Shown piece after piece: positions 24,196 through 37,082 of a stretch of DNA of 58,147 nt. The DNA lies in the NCBI GenBank assembly GCA_034780895.1, contig JAUZTB010000076.1, positions 33,228,878-33,287,024 on the forward strand, read 5' to 3'. The position numbers and the translations under genes are program-made. Below the pieces are notes generated by a model. The model was not told where the DNA came from, did no database searches, and worked only from the letters and a program-made list of their open reading frames with translations. Source of the DNA: Rhynchobatus australiae (lineage: Eukaryota). Numbering within the stretch: the first letter of the stretch is position 1; each line of letters begins with the position of its first letter.

Positions 24196-25689
24196 ACAGA
24201 TGATATTCTAGTGTCAGTTTCATTTCCCTCCAACATCCAGAATCATTTTCCTTTGTATAAGGTACAAGCCCAACCAGTAGAACATTTGCCCATTGACTGA
24301 TCAGGTTTTACGAAGACTTTTTAATGGTATGCTTGGTCAAAACCTACCTTGATATCAAGGACAATTATTCTCACTGTGCTCTGAAATTTAGCTCTTTGAT
24401 CAATGTTGGAAACAGAAAAGATGAATTGGTATTAGAATTTGGCATTCAGGAAAGTGCCAAGATTGTGGTCGCCTGGAGATATCAGGCTAGTGTGAGCTGT
24501 GATATTTGTTCTGATAAATGTTCAGACAATCCCATTCAATTGTCAGGTTTCTTTTCCAAAGAAAACATCATAGCTATAAAAAGCAAAATTAACTTAAGGC
24601 GCTCGGTTACACGCTGATAACTAGCCAATCGATAGTGAACCCCATTAAGCATTTCAATGGATGACAACCAAGTCCCAAGTGTTCCCCAGCAGAAGATTAA
24701 ATGAATTAACAAGGCAAAGAATAAATTTTGAATGATTACACAAATAACCTGTGTAATCCCAGCCAGCACTTCTGCTGAAAGAGGCAGATGACAGGGACAT
24801 TCATCAAAATAGTTTCATAAACAAAAAAATGATTTATCTGAATACCAAATCACTGAATAAAAGCATTTTTATATAGTGGTAAATTATTTGGCAGAATTAC
24901 TGTTTCAGGAATTATTTTATTTACCATAATATTTGGTGCACATACAGGGGAAAAAAATCTGATATTTTGCAGGAATCTTCAATTAAGTCTTAGCGGTTTT
25001 GCGCACATTCATCAGGTCTGCTGCTTACATTTATAGGGGGGGGGGGGGGCAATTTTCATTTAGGTGGAAAGCTGCCTAATACCTAGAACAAAAAGTAATG
25101 TCATTAATACTCCAGTCTTCCAGAATGAGCTGAGCTGCAAACCTGAATGATGAACTCCTGCAATGGTTTTGTCGGCTGAAATCAAATTGAAGCTGTGTCA
25201 GCATTTTCTCTCCAGACCTTATTACTGTACAGCAGTGATTTTTTTTTCCCTCTACTAAGTCTTCTAACTCAACAGACAAATCAACTTGTCCTCAACCTGT
25301 CATTCACCCAGCTGAATTCTTAGTAGTTTTTTTTCCCATCTGTGATTGGCAGCACTTAGTAAAATAAAAAAAATGTTCCAGCTATTCACTGCTGCCCATA
25401 ATAAGCCGCCATGGTAAATGACACAATGCAATTAGTCAAAGAGCTTGATTAGGAAACGTGAATAGATCTGTGTGCTCATCACAATCCCAGTTCAGTAACC
25501 CATGCTTGGTGCGAGGTATGTACCGAACCAAAGGTTTGATAACTCTTCCAAATATTTGTTTGAGATGTGGTGACCTATTTGAGGTAACCAGTTGTCATAT
25601 TTATGACTGAAATGTAATTGGCTACATTAATTTCTGACACAATTGCATATTACATTTAGTTCAAGAGGTCTATACCAGTGTTTCTGTTC

Positions 25690-26700
25690 CACACACTTTT
25701 CCTTCCACTCCACTTCATCTAACCACATCAGTGTAATGATTTAGTCCCTTCTCTGTTTGGATTTACTTTGTTCTCCCATAAAATGCATCCATGTTTTTTT
25801 GACTCAACTAGTTCTTCTGTCAGCAGCTCTCACATTATGACTAGTTATTGTGTAAGGGGTTCCTCCTGGTTTCCTTATTACCCTATCTGATACTCATGAC
25901 TTGTAATTTTAGAAATACCACAAGTCAAAACATCTATTCTGTGAAAACCCTTTTAATTTTAAGATCTCTATTAGGTCCCTCCTCAGCCTTTTTTTTTGGA
26001 GAAAGGAGCTCCAGTGTGCTGTTAGAGAGCTGTACCCTCTCATGTGTGGTATCAACCCTGGAAATCCATTATGAATCAATACCCATTCTGTAATACAAAG
26101 AACATTAAACAAGATTCCACAAGAGTTTAAAATAGCTTTTCTGCTGTTCATTTTTATTCCTCTAGAAAAGAATTCCAAAGCTTTGTAGTAATTTTATTGC
26201 CTTTTAACCTACATTGTCTACACTGGCTCAGTCTCATGTACATACTTTACATCGTGTACATGTACTAAAATAATGTGCAAGTAGCACATGTACACGATCT
26301 GGATTTCATTGCAGTCTTCGTAACTTTATCCTCATGTTGATACTAACAGTAAAATTTGAATTTCCAAGTCCAAATTGTTCATGAAACTGGTGAACAACAA
26401 TGGTTCCAACAATACCCCTGCCAACCTGCACCCTCAACCACAATTTTGTCTCCACCTTTGTGGATAGTTTGCTTTTATTCTGGTTCCCCTAGCCCTTACG
26501 ACTCAACATACCCTGATGTTTGGTAGCATTCTAAGTTATCAAAGGCCTTCTGATAATCCAAATATATTAGTTACCATGTTACGTTTGCCTACCCCTCTGA
26601 TTACTTTGTCAAAGACTGTAACCTGATAGCTCAAGCATGACCATCCCTTCTGAAACTCAAGAGGACAAGTTAACTCACCCCATAATTATTTTGAAAAAAA
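25690..26700 (-). mobile_element. Old CR1 LINE fragment
   Basis: GLIPHMRGYS...KKRLRRDLIEILK corresponds to CR1 RT/C-terminal motifs; strongly eroded. Confidence 0.7.
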
Positions 26701-27129
26701 GTTATGGCTAGTTATCTATAATATGAAAAAACATCTACCTTGCAAAGTTATGCAAAGGTCTGTTACCTTGTCCAATCTCCCCTCACTGGGCAATAAAGCT
26801 TCTGCTTCCAAAAGAAGATAAGTAACACTCTTTTTAAATCTCAATCAAATGACTGGCTGGTACATTCTTACTCAACAAAATTCATGGTGAGGAAAGGAAA
26901 GCAGAACTTTGCTATCAAATTTCTCTGCATAATTTACCATCTATTTACCCTTATACAAGAGGAGGAGGGTATCAATAAATCATTTACGAGGAGATTTGCT
27001 CTTGCTGAAGTCTGCTAACTGCCCCAAATATCCACACAATACTCCTATTAGAAACTCCAAATGGTGCTGTAACCCCCTCGATCTCTACCAACCTCACAAT
27101 TCCAATTCCTCAAAATGATCCCATTAGAG

Positions 27130-27370
27130 AATTCCTAGGAGGATCATCACAAAGGCAGGAAGCACCTCAGCTGTAAGCTTCTCTGGATTGGAAATACATC
27201 TCTCTTCATTTTCTTTGGGACAGTATTCTGGAACTCCCTGTCCATCAGCATAGGGAGTCCCTTTACCACAAGGACTGTTAGATTCAAAAGAGGGGTGCCC
27301 AGGGCATTTGGAGGATGGAGAATGAATGCTAGCCTTGTGTGGGATGCCACAGCTTGGATATGAACTTTAA
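27130..27370 (+). mobile_element. CR1/L2-group LINE 3' end (same family as 31010-31310)
   Basis: ttctggaactccctg..agcat..accacaaggactg..ttcaaaag..agggcattt..gatgg..aatgaatgctagccttg, similar to 36930-37070. Confidence 0.6.
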
Positions 27371-27745
27371 AAAAAAAGAGGCCCAAAATACTCTCCATGC
27401 TGTCAAATTCCAACTTGACCCAATCTTCCGGAATTCCATAATATGTTTGAGTGTACCATTTGCAAATCCCTGATTGGTTTATTCCAAATGAAGGAAGGTG
27501 AGGGAATCCCATCTCTACTCTAGGACCGCACTTGCTTTCCTGACCAAAAGATGACAGAAAACTTCAGGGAAACCTGAATACAAGAACCAATGGCAAGAGA
27601 GATGGAGGCAGGCCAAGTCAAATACCTTCCAAAAATTGCATAAAATCAACTCAAGGTGACACAGTCAAATTCTGGACCCCACACAAGTTCCACAAATTTC
27701 ACTCTTGCGTTACAGATTACTGCAAGGATAACTGCAGCTACCTCC

Positions 27746-27823
27746 TATGCATATTCTGGTCTTGCTCCCACACTCCATCACCCTTATGTATATTCTGGTC
27801 TTGCTCCCACACTCCATCACCCT
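27746..27823. repeat. 39-nt tandem duplication, 2 copies
   Basis: tatg(c/t)atattctggtcttgctcccacactccatcaccct twice, with one mismatch. Confidence 0.95.
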
Positions 27824-29305
27824 TTTCAGTGGCCTGGGTGACCACAGGAACCATGACTGGCTTTGGAATTTGAGGAATAACTCATAAAATGATTAAGACT
27901 ATTCGAAAACAGGCCACTGACATTTTTTGGGCTAAGACAGAAAGATCAACAAAGCGTTTTTAGGAACAGCTTGTGTTGAAGGCTTTTCAGCCATTTTTCA
28001 ACATTATTGCTAAAATTTACCAGAGCCAATGCCAGCAGATGAACACTTAAGGGTGTTCATATTTTATCATCTGCTATTTTTGCCAAGGAAGTAACCTGAC
28101 TAAAGCACAGAGGGTTGTCATGTGCAAACATTAAGTGTTTTCCAAGTGATAAATTCCTGCTGCAGTTATTCGTTTTCATTGGTACTCTTTTGATTTGTTT
28201 TTTTAGTTGTTAGAACAGTAACTGATGTTTTAGTCTGCCATAGCCAATCATCCATATGTTCTTACTGAATTATTATTGAATCACTCTTAATTAGGAAGTA
28301 CATTCCTCACATATCCCAGCAATCAAGCATACAGAACTGAAAAGATGAAAGATCATACTGAAATTTACAAGTAACTGTTGAATATTTGGTGAATAGACTC
28401 CAAATTGTTAATTCCACACTCAGAGATACAGGGAGGATCAAAATTTATTGGCCAAAAGACATAATTTCTCATACTTCACAGATCAATGGACAGCCAAGTG
28501 TTACTGAATTTCATTCTGACAGTGAGGGAGTCACATCGACTCAGTCCCCAGCCACAGAGGTCAAAGGAAAACAGCAATGATTCATTTTGGATTATTTGGT
28601 AAATTTGCATATTCATTTCAATCAATTCCTTTCAAAAATATCAAGTGGGTGCAGCCCTGCCAACACGCATTCACATTTTGACCTTTGGTATCAATGTTTC
28701 TTCTAACTGAACTGAATGGAAATATGAACCTACTATTTTCCTGATATACAGATATAATTTAACTCTCATAACAATAATCACAGGGCTTACTAGTGGTTAG
28801 AAGCATTATGGAATTCTACTTTATTTAGAGAGGGGAGGGAGGTTTAAAACTATTATACATCAACCTTTCTACTGCTGGTGACACCACTATTAGAAGAATC
28901 CACAGTAATAGATCTCTTTTAATAATTGATAACATGTTGTGCTGGAGTTGCATAGACTGGCACAGTTATGGTATAATATCCTGTGGTACCAGTTACAAAG
29001 TGATGCCTTTGAACAGCCCCTAGAGTAAGGATCGGTTTCTCTAGTTTCTGGCACTGTTTCAACAATATTACTGTAAATATTTATAAAGTAAGCAAGTTAG
29101 AATAGCTAATTTAATGTTTCAGGTGCATCCTGAAAACTTTCTTACTTGGAATAAATTTAAGAGAGTGTTTAGAAGCAACGTACAGGTTCTCTCCAGGTTA
29201 CATACACCTGATTTATGTACNNNNNNNNNNNNNNNNNNNNNNNNNNNNNNNNNNNNNNNNNNNNNNNNNNNNNNNNNNNNNNNNNNNNNNNNNNAGGGAA
29301 ATGGA

Positions 29306-29372
29306 CAGTCGACAGTCCATTTCCCTCCCATAGATGCTGCCTGACCCACTGAGTTCCTCCAGCATTTTATGT
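29306..29372 (+). repeat. Penelope-type terminal repeat remnant
   Basis: gtcgacagtccatttccctcccatagatgctgcctgacccactgagttcctccagcattttatgtg; the upstream part falls next to an N gap. Confidence 0.6.
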
Positions 29373-29809
29373 GACTTATGTACAGCTTGTGCATACATGT
29401 AAACATTTGGGTGACTGGCAAGGTGGATTTGCCAGAGCCACAGGCATCTTCTACCACCTAGGAATGCAGTTCGTGGCCACATTTCTGACTTGCCTGGGTT
29501 AACTGTCTAGGTTATGGACAACTCACTGGAACTGAACTCTGCCATAACCTGTGGAGAGCTGTACTGTCCCGTCACTGAAAAAAACTGCAATGTTGTAAAA
29601 TGTCACAGGCCAACTTGGAGATATTTGACTGTGTGGTGACTCTTTGGTCTGGCATTATTTGTGGGCAAAGGACGAGCATTGACATTTTACTATGCTTTAT
29701 GTAACAACACCAATTTCTTACAATTTGTTATACAAAGCACAGAAAGATTGCACGAATCTTGATTTTGACAATGAAGGTACTAATGAAGGTCAGAATCTAA
29801 TCTAAACTA

Positions 29810-30301
29810 ACGTACAAGATGATAAGAGGCATAGATTAAGTGGACAGTCAAAGACTTTTTGCCAGGGCAACAATGGCTAGCACAAGGGGACATAATTTTA
29901 AGGTGGTTGGAGGAAGGTATAAGGGGGATGTCAGCGGTAAGTTTTTTTTTCCCACACAGAAAGTGGTGAGTGCATGGAACGCACTGCTGGCAGAGGTTGT
30001 GGGGGCAGATACATTAGGGACATTTAAGAGNNNNNNNNNNNNNNNNNNNNNNNNNNNNNNNNNNNNNNNNNNNNNNNNNNNNNNNNNNNNNNNNNNNNNN
30101 NNNNNNNNNNNNNNNNNNNNNNNNNNNNNNGGGGCAGATACATTAGGGACATTTAAGAGACTCTTAGATAGACACATGAATGATAGAAAAATAGGGGGCT
30201 ATGTGGGTGGGAAGGGTTAGATTGATCTTAGAACAGGATAAAATGTCGGCACAACATTGTGGGCCGAAGGGCCTGTCCTGTGCGGTAGTGTCCTATGTTC
30301 C
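29810..30301 (+). mobile_element. CR1 LINE 3' end, relatively young
   Basis: TRGHNFKVVGGRYKGDVSGKFF..TQKVVSAWNAL..EVVGADTLGTFKRLLDRHM, followed by the tail gggccgaagggcctgtcctgtgc..ctatgttc. Confidence 0.93.
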
Positions 30302-31009
30302 TCAGTGGGAGGACTAATAGTTCGCTAGACAATCCAGTGATCAGTAATAGAGCTACAATGACAAACCTGGTCAACCCAACAACCTAGCTTTTGAATGAGA
30401 TCAGTGGATGGGTCCGAGAAAGGCAAATGAGCAGATCCAACGTTTACACTTAAGAGAGGTCAGAGTTTAGTCAATCTTTCAAAAGGAATCCAAAGCAAAA
30501 TTCAAATGTTCAGTATCATGTAAATTAGCATGACCAGCCTCTGTAATAAAACTGATCTGTACACATACATTCATTTATTTCTATCATATCAGGAACTCTG
30601 CCTACAATTTATGGTGACACCTATCACTTGTAACTTGTACATATATGTACTTTTGCAATAAAAATAGAATCTGTTTGGAAACCGTCCGGAAACTGTCAGC
30701 ATCTAAGCAAAAAAGCTCGCCTAATAGTTTGACGACAATCTTCCACTCTAAACTTTATCAAGCTTTCTTTTTTCAGACATGCTTTTTAGTTTTTAAAGAC
30801 TCTTTGCATTTCATTTTTCTTTCCTTTTCTATTTGTAACCTCCTTCTTCCCTCCTGAAGTGACGCCATTGATTGCTCTCAGGAGATGCTGGGTGATCTCG
30901 TGATAGGTCTGTCATTACAGCTCTAATCACTGCTGGATTGCTATCCTTCCCAAAAGGAGGGATGTTCCCGAGTTTCCAGGTGATGGACTTGTAGGTGCTT
31001 CTTTGGTTA

Positions 31010-31310
31010 TATTTAAAAAAATATTATTCATTCAAGGGAAGTGGACTTTGCAGACTGAACCAGCATTTAATTGCTTATCTTTAATTGCCCTTGAGAAGGT
31101 GGCGGTGAGCTGCCTTCTTGAACTGCTGCAGTCCTTGAGGTATAGGTATGCCCACAATGCTGTCTGGGAAAGAGTTCCAGGATTTTGACCCAGTAATACT
31201 GAAGGAACAGCAACATATTTCCAGGTCAGGATGGCGTGTGTCTTGGATGGCAACTTCCAGGTGGTGGTGTTCCCATGTTTTTGCTGCCCTCGTCCTTCTA
31301 ACATCAAACA
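31010..31310 (-). mobile_element. CR1/L2-group LINE ORF2 C-terminus and 3' UTR
   Basis: RRTRAAKTWEHHHL...SFSITGSKSWNSFPDSIVGIPIPQGLQQFKKAAHRHLLKGN* carries the WNSLP/FK motif. Confidence 0.85.
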
Positions 31311-34300
31311 TCCAGTGGTTTTGAACATTTTTTTTTGCATTGGAAAAGACAACAAAGTAAAGGCAAGAGGTTACAGCCCTGGCAGTGGGTATCCCAAGGA
31401 GAAAGCTAAAGCTGAGCTTGCCCATGGCTCTTTTGGAAAAGATTTAGATTCAGCATCCCTTTCAGCCCCATTCTAAATGCATGGCACAGCCTAACTATTG
31501 TTCAGCTGCCTGATTTAGATCAAAGTTAAAAGGCTTAATGAGCCTGGTGCACAATTTGTCGTCTTCAGGCCATTAGCTAGGAGGGGAATTTCCCAAGTTC
31601 TATTCAGTGGACAAATATCTTTATATAATTAGCCCTGAAGTCAGAACCTCATGAAAAAATAACTTTGGCATTTTCATAATATAACTATAAACCCCGGTGA
31701 AATGAAAATATCAGGATTTTGCCACATTTAGTAAGACCAATATCCTTCCAATACATAATCTCTGGTTTGAACCTTATCCTCCCAGCAAGATATCAACAGA
31801 CCTCCAACATGTATCTATCAAGCAAGTAGGTTAAAGTTGGGACCAAAAGGCATTACAAATGAAACATAAGCTTCAAGGACGCAAAGCATAATATGCTCCA
31901 TTCCAATATGGAAATACCGGTCAGGAATGGAACTATAACCAACTGTCCAGAAATCTCACAAAAGCCAGGAGACGAATCAAATGAAGATCTTCAGTTTTGT
32001 CCCCAATCACAAAATAGATAGCAAATATTGCTGTTTCTGGACCAATTCCAGAATTAGTGCCAATTTTGCAACCTACAAGTAGATTCCACTGCTGATTCCA
32101 CTTCGTGTGAATTAAAACCTCTCTAATAGTCCTGTTTAAAAGTTGCCATTTTAATTGTGTCTCCTTACCCTATCATCACTTTGTTTTGAAGCAGGGTTCT
32201 AGATTTGTCTTTGATATGCAATTTACAATTTATTCATTTCTTTAATCCACTGTTCAAAGACTTCCAGTCTGTGTCAACTTTCTCCAGTTTTTCCTCTTGA
32301 TACATTCCTATAAAATTGGGGATCAATCTCTGGACTGCTCTTGAAATGGCTTCTTTGTGAGTTGATGACCAGAACTGGATGAGGATTGTCCAGAACACTA
32401 CACAGATTGGGTGTGAGTTCTTTCAATTTTTATTCACATTTTGATGAAACAACAGAAAGGAAAATAAGGTAGGATGCACAGCAGCCTATGAGCCACTTTT
32501 CTGCATCTAAACTAACTCCTTCCACAATTTCAGCAAACCCTAATTTTCCTCTCGGCTGCAGTAAAAGCACGATCAGTTTGGGAAGAATGTTGGATAATGA
32601 GTCTTTAGTATCACCACCAAGAGGGCCCCAAATTCAGCACAGGGAAAAGGACTGGTTTTATGGACTAACAAAATTCTGCTTTAAAATTTTATTTCTACTT
32701 AAATTTCATCCCCTATTGTTCTATCAAGTTCCATGCATTATTTTAGTCATTTTGTAGTTCCTGAGCTATTTGCTCAGATTTCTTTCACTCCTCTGAATCT
32801 GTAATCATGAGATGAGATATCATCTGCACATTTGACCAATTTGCAACAAGTCTTTAAAGTTTGAAGAGTAAGGGTTTTTAGTATCAGTCACTGGGGCATC
32901 CAATTCAGCATTTCTCCTGTTTCAGCATTTCTTCCTGTTTCAGCATAAGCTTGCCTACAAATTCCAACACTTCAACCAATTTAATTGGCCACCTAAACTT
33001 ACCATGTATCATGGTCCTTATGCCATTTAAATAGTGTGCAAACCACACATTTACAGTCAATTGAAAACTGCACGTTCAAGAAATTTGGAACATTTTAATT
33101 TGAAGTGTAAAAAATCAATTTTGTGGGCTGCCACAGACTCTCCCTGCTCGTGTGTACATTTTTCAATTCAGACTTAGAATTATTGGTAAGAATTCACACC
33201 AGTGTTCATCTCCCTAGTACTTATAAATAGAGGACAACACATATTTTCAAATTGCCCTTGCTGGTGTACAAGGATAGATAATAAAACCACCTACTCATCG
33301 ACAATAGTATCTAATAAACAATGAGGGTTTTCAGGATATCTGCAAAGATCTATAACTATGTTTTATTCAAAAAAGAAAATATGAAATTAAATTATTATTC
33401 AACAAGAAAATTATACAGTTTCAATATGAAACTACAAATAATTCACAACTAAATGGAAAATCTATGAAAATATGATACCACTATTCTGTGAAGAAATATG
33501 TTGTTCAGAGTATTCCAACATAATTAATATTGTAAAATAATTTTATACAACCCTCTCCAAGAGTTTAATTTGAAATGTTTTTCTTTTGCTTCTCAATACA
33601 TAGCTAAAAAATACTTGTCTGCTTCTATATTGGACAGCCTCAATATATTGCATACTTATAGCTTGATGCAAATCCTACTTTATTTTAAACATACAACTCT
33701 GCACTATCATAAATTAACATTAAAAGGCTTATTATTAACAAATTATTATTAACAGACTTAGAAAAATATGTTCAGAATTTCTTCCCCAAAGATTTATAAA
33801 GAGGAGTAAGGTAATGATTGTTTAGTAAATGCTTACTNNNNNNNNNNNNNNNNAGCATTGGGAATCCACAAGATTTGATGTAAACTGCAACTCAGCTGTA
33901 ATGTGACCAAGACTGGGAATTGCTATGATTAAGCCCAGGCAGTCAATATGATCGAAGTTGGGGATATGAGATGTGGAAAAAAACCATAATCTGATGGTAT
34001 CAGCTACAGAAATCCTTTACCGCAGAACCATTTGCAACATTTCTGCAGTGAAATATAATCAAGCTATCTTAGGTCATACTTGGGTCAGTGTTTAAAGTAG
34101 TCCCTGTTGTGTATAGGTGGCTGAACCATTCTGCACCCGGTTGGCTACATTCTTCTCTGACATGAAGGACAACATCTGTTATTTCTACAATCTGAATATA
34201 GGTCAAAAAGCCTTCAGAATTCGTAACCTTATAAATCACATTTCCCTGCATTCACTGTGTCCAAATATGCCCATACAATTGCAGACAATTTCTTCAAGCT

Positions 34301-36489
34301 GGTGAGATGCAGTGGGGGTAGAAGTTACAGACTTCCCCAAGACTATGTTCAGAAACCAAACATTAAAGGGAAAAGTTGCTTCAGACAGTCTTTTTCTATT
34401 CCCAGGAGTTGGCTATCCTATTGCAAATTTGCATCTTTTGTGAATTTATGTCAAACAATAATTTGGTTGGTGAGATTCCTTTTGATTTTGTTGGTACTTC
34501 ATTGCTTATTTTGGCACCTTTTAGTTTGCCTGGTCTATTTGTTGACTTATTCGTGCTGCCCTTAGAGAGATACTTGTTAGGCTTGTTCTTATTAGCTGGC
34601 ACTGGACCAACTCAATGTCAACTTTACTGGTCCATCAAAATTGGCCTTTGCCATTTTTGTCCTCAATGTAACAAAATGCAATTCCAAAGGGAAGGCACTT
34701 TGAAGCAACAGCAATTGAAAAGGCAGACGTGATATCAACTGGAGACACACAGAAGTTTTCTCCACAGTCCAAGCCAATGCTTAATGTAGGTAGGTTGTTA
34801 ACTTTCCTGTTCTATTCCTCATCTCTTACTACAATGAAAACTTTCTCTGGAGTTCCTTCAGAGACCACACCACACCCATAAGCCTCTGGCTGACTTGTCC
34901 TCATGTATGCTTTGTAGATTGTTTTCCATTGTCCCCAATGAGTTCTCTCAAAATGCATATCATGGGAGGTAGGGCAGAGGAAAAGAATAATGAAAGTGAA
35001 ACAAGTAAAGGAAGAAATAGGAGAACAGAAGAAACCGAAGGGGAGAAGGACGGAATTGACAGAAGTGCCTGAAAATTAGTAGTGGGGGAGAAGTAAGCCA
35101 TTGCTGCATTGCAGAATTACCACAAAAGCTTTAATTAGAAGATTGTGGGAGGCTGAGGATTTTATTTTGGTGAATCCCAGACTGTGAAAGAAAGAGAACC
35201 ATTGAATTAGATGGTTTCGTTCAAATTTATTGCATTCAGGATAACATTTGCTAGAATTAAAGTGAGCACAAAAAAAAAACAAAATATAATTTTGCTCCAG
35301 AGAGTCAGGATTTCACTCCAAAGGTATTGGCATGCCCACAGCTGCTGTCTGTCCCAAGATGTGAAAAAGACCCACTCCCCACTGCTGCATCTTCAGTCAA
35401 GATTTCCTCTGAGGTGATGGAACTTCAAATGGCTTCCATCCATAATAGCAATTAGGAAAACCTTAAGCATAAAACAGGAACTCAGGAGTGATATGCCATA
35501 CACAAGAGATCGNNNNNNNNNNNNNNNNNNNNNNNNNNNNNNNNNNNNNNNNNNNNNNNNNNNNNNNNNNNNNNNNNNNNNNNNNNNNNNNNNNNNNNNN
35601 NNNNNNNNNNNNNNNNNNNNNNNNNNNNNNNNNNNNNNNNNNNNNNNNNATTGTGCCCATTTTCTGCCCATCAGGAAATTGGACCAAGCACCTCCTGGCA
35701 CATTTTATCCTAGCCTAGGTATCATTGCCCTGTCATCTGTGATGACATCAAGGTGCACAGCACTGATTACTCCCTTTCCAAAAGAAAGCAGATAAAATGG
35801 TCTCGACCTAGCTCCATTATTCAGTTACAGTAAAGCAACACTTTCATAAAGCAAGGAGGTTCCAACTTCATAATCTTTTGGTGATCTCTGATTTAGCTTA
35901 CTTGTTATGGCATAATCATGTTTAATGCAGAAAATAATGAGGAAATCAAATTATGGGCAAAAAGTATCAAATCATTGAGGAAAATCATCATTGCTAGAAT
36001 ACAGTGCTAGTCCATCTTCTAGCAAGGACCTTCACAGCACTAGATTTAATGCTTAGTGAGGGTTTTTTTAATTCCTGGAAATGTACAGCAAATGAAAAAA
36101 AAAATTGACATTGCTTTTGAATGGTTCAAGACAAGAAGAATACCATAAATTGAAGATAACAAGAAAGCCTGCANNNNNNNNNNNNGAAATAAAAATGCAA
36201 AGCAGGTCGATCAGCATGTATAAGAGATGTGTGAGGACAACTGAAACTCAGTGAAGGTGATAATTGGACGATAATGAGAGGTCACTATTTTACTTTAATA
36301 TTAATTGACTTCCACATAAAAGGAAAGAAGCAGAGTTTATAAAACTTTTGCTTCACTATCGCTTGTTTCTTTGATTTTAGTAAAGACCAATTTCACCCCA
36401 GTTACTTTAAGATTTTTCATAGTCTCCATCCTCAACAACCTGACGTTTGTCATTGACCAGGAACTGAAAGGAACTGTTAACATAATACT

Positions 36490-37082
36490 GTAGCTACAAG
36501 AGCAGGTGTCAGTGTGGGTATCCAGTGGTAAGCAACTCGCTTCCTGATGCACCAAAGCCCTTCCACTAGCTACAAGTTAAAAATCCAGAACGTGATGGAA
36601 TGCTCTCCACTTGTCACGAATCTGTGTATTACGCCAACAACACACAAGATGCTCGAGAGCACCCTACCCACCACCCTGAATATTTACTCCCTCCACCACC
36701 CTGAATATTTACTCCCTCCAACACCAGAATGTACAATCTGCAAAATGCACTGCTGTTACTTGTGTGGGCTACACCAACAGCAGCTCCCAAATCCATGATC
36801 TCTTTTGCTAAAAACAGGGGCGGCAGGTGCATGGGAACACAACTGGCTACAGGCTCCCTTCCAAGTTGCACAACATCCCGACTTGCAAATATATCACCAT
36901 TATTTCCTTCGTCATCGCTGAGACTGAATCCTGGAAGTCTCCTGACAACAGCATTATAGGAGCATCTTCAGCAGAAGGACTATTGCGTTTCAAGAAAGTG
37001 GATCACCACCACTTTTCTCAAGGGCAATTAGGAAGGACATTTTTCGCTGGCTTTCCCATATCCCAAAAAAATGAATAAAAAG
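36490..37082 (+). mobile_element. CR1/L2-group LINE 3' fragment (same family as 31010-31310)
   Basis: YKLKIQNVMECSPL; SFVIAETESWKSPDNSIIG...GLLRFKKVDHHHF; A-rich end. Confidence 0.8.
36668..36720. repeat. Perfect 25-nt tandem duplication inside a LINE
   Basis: ccaccaccctgaatatttactccct twice. Confidence 0.95.

Noticed and set aside
29508-29551. 9-bp inverted repeat AGGTTATGG...CCATAACCT and a nearby 7-bp hairpin
   Set aside because: Stems this short are expected several times by chance in 58 kb, and there is no miRNA-like extended pairing.
34257-34732. Overlapping 102/118/68-aa ORFs, hydrophobic or Lys/Asn-rich
   Set aside because: The composition reflects a T-rich strand bias; no family resemblance.
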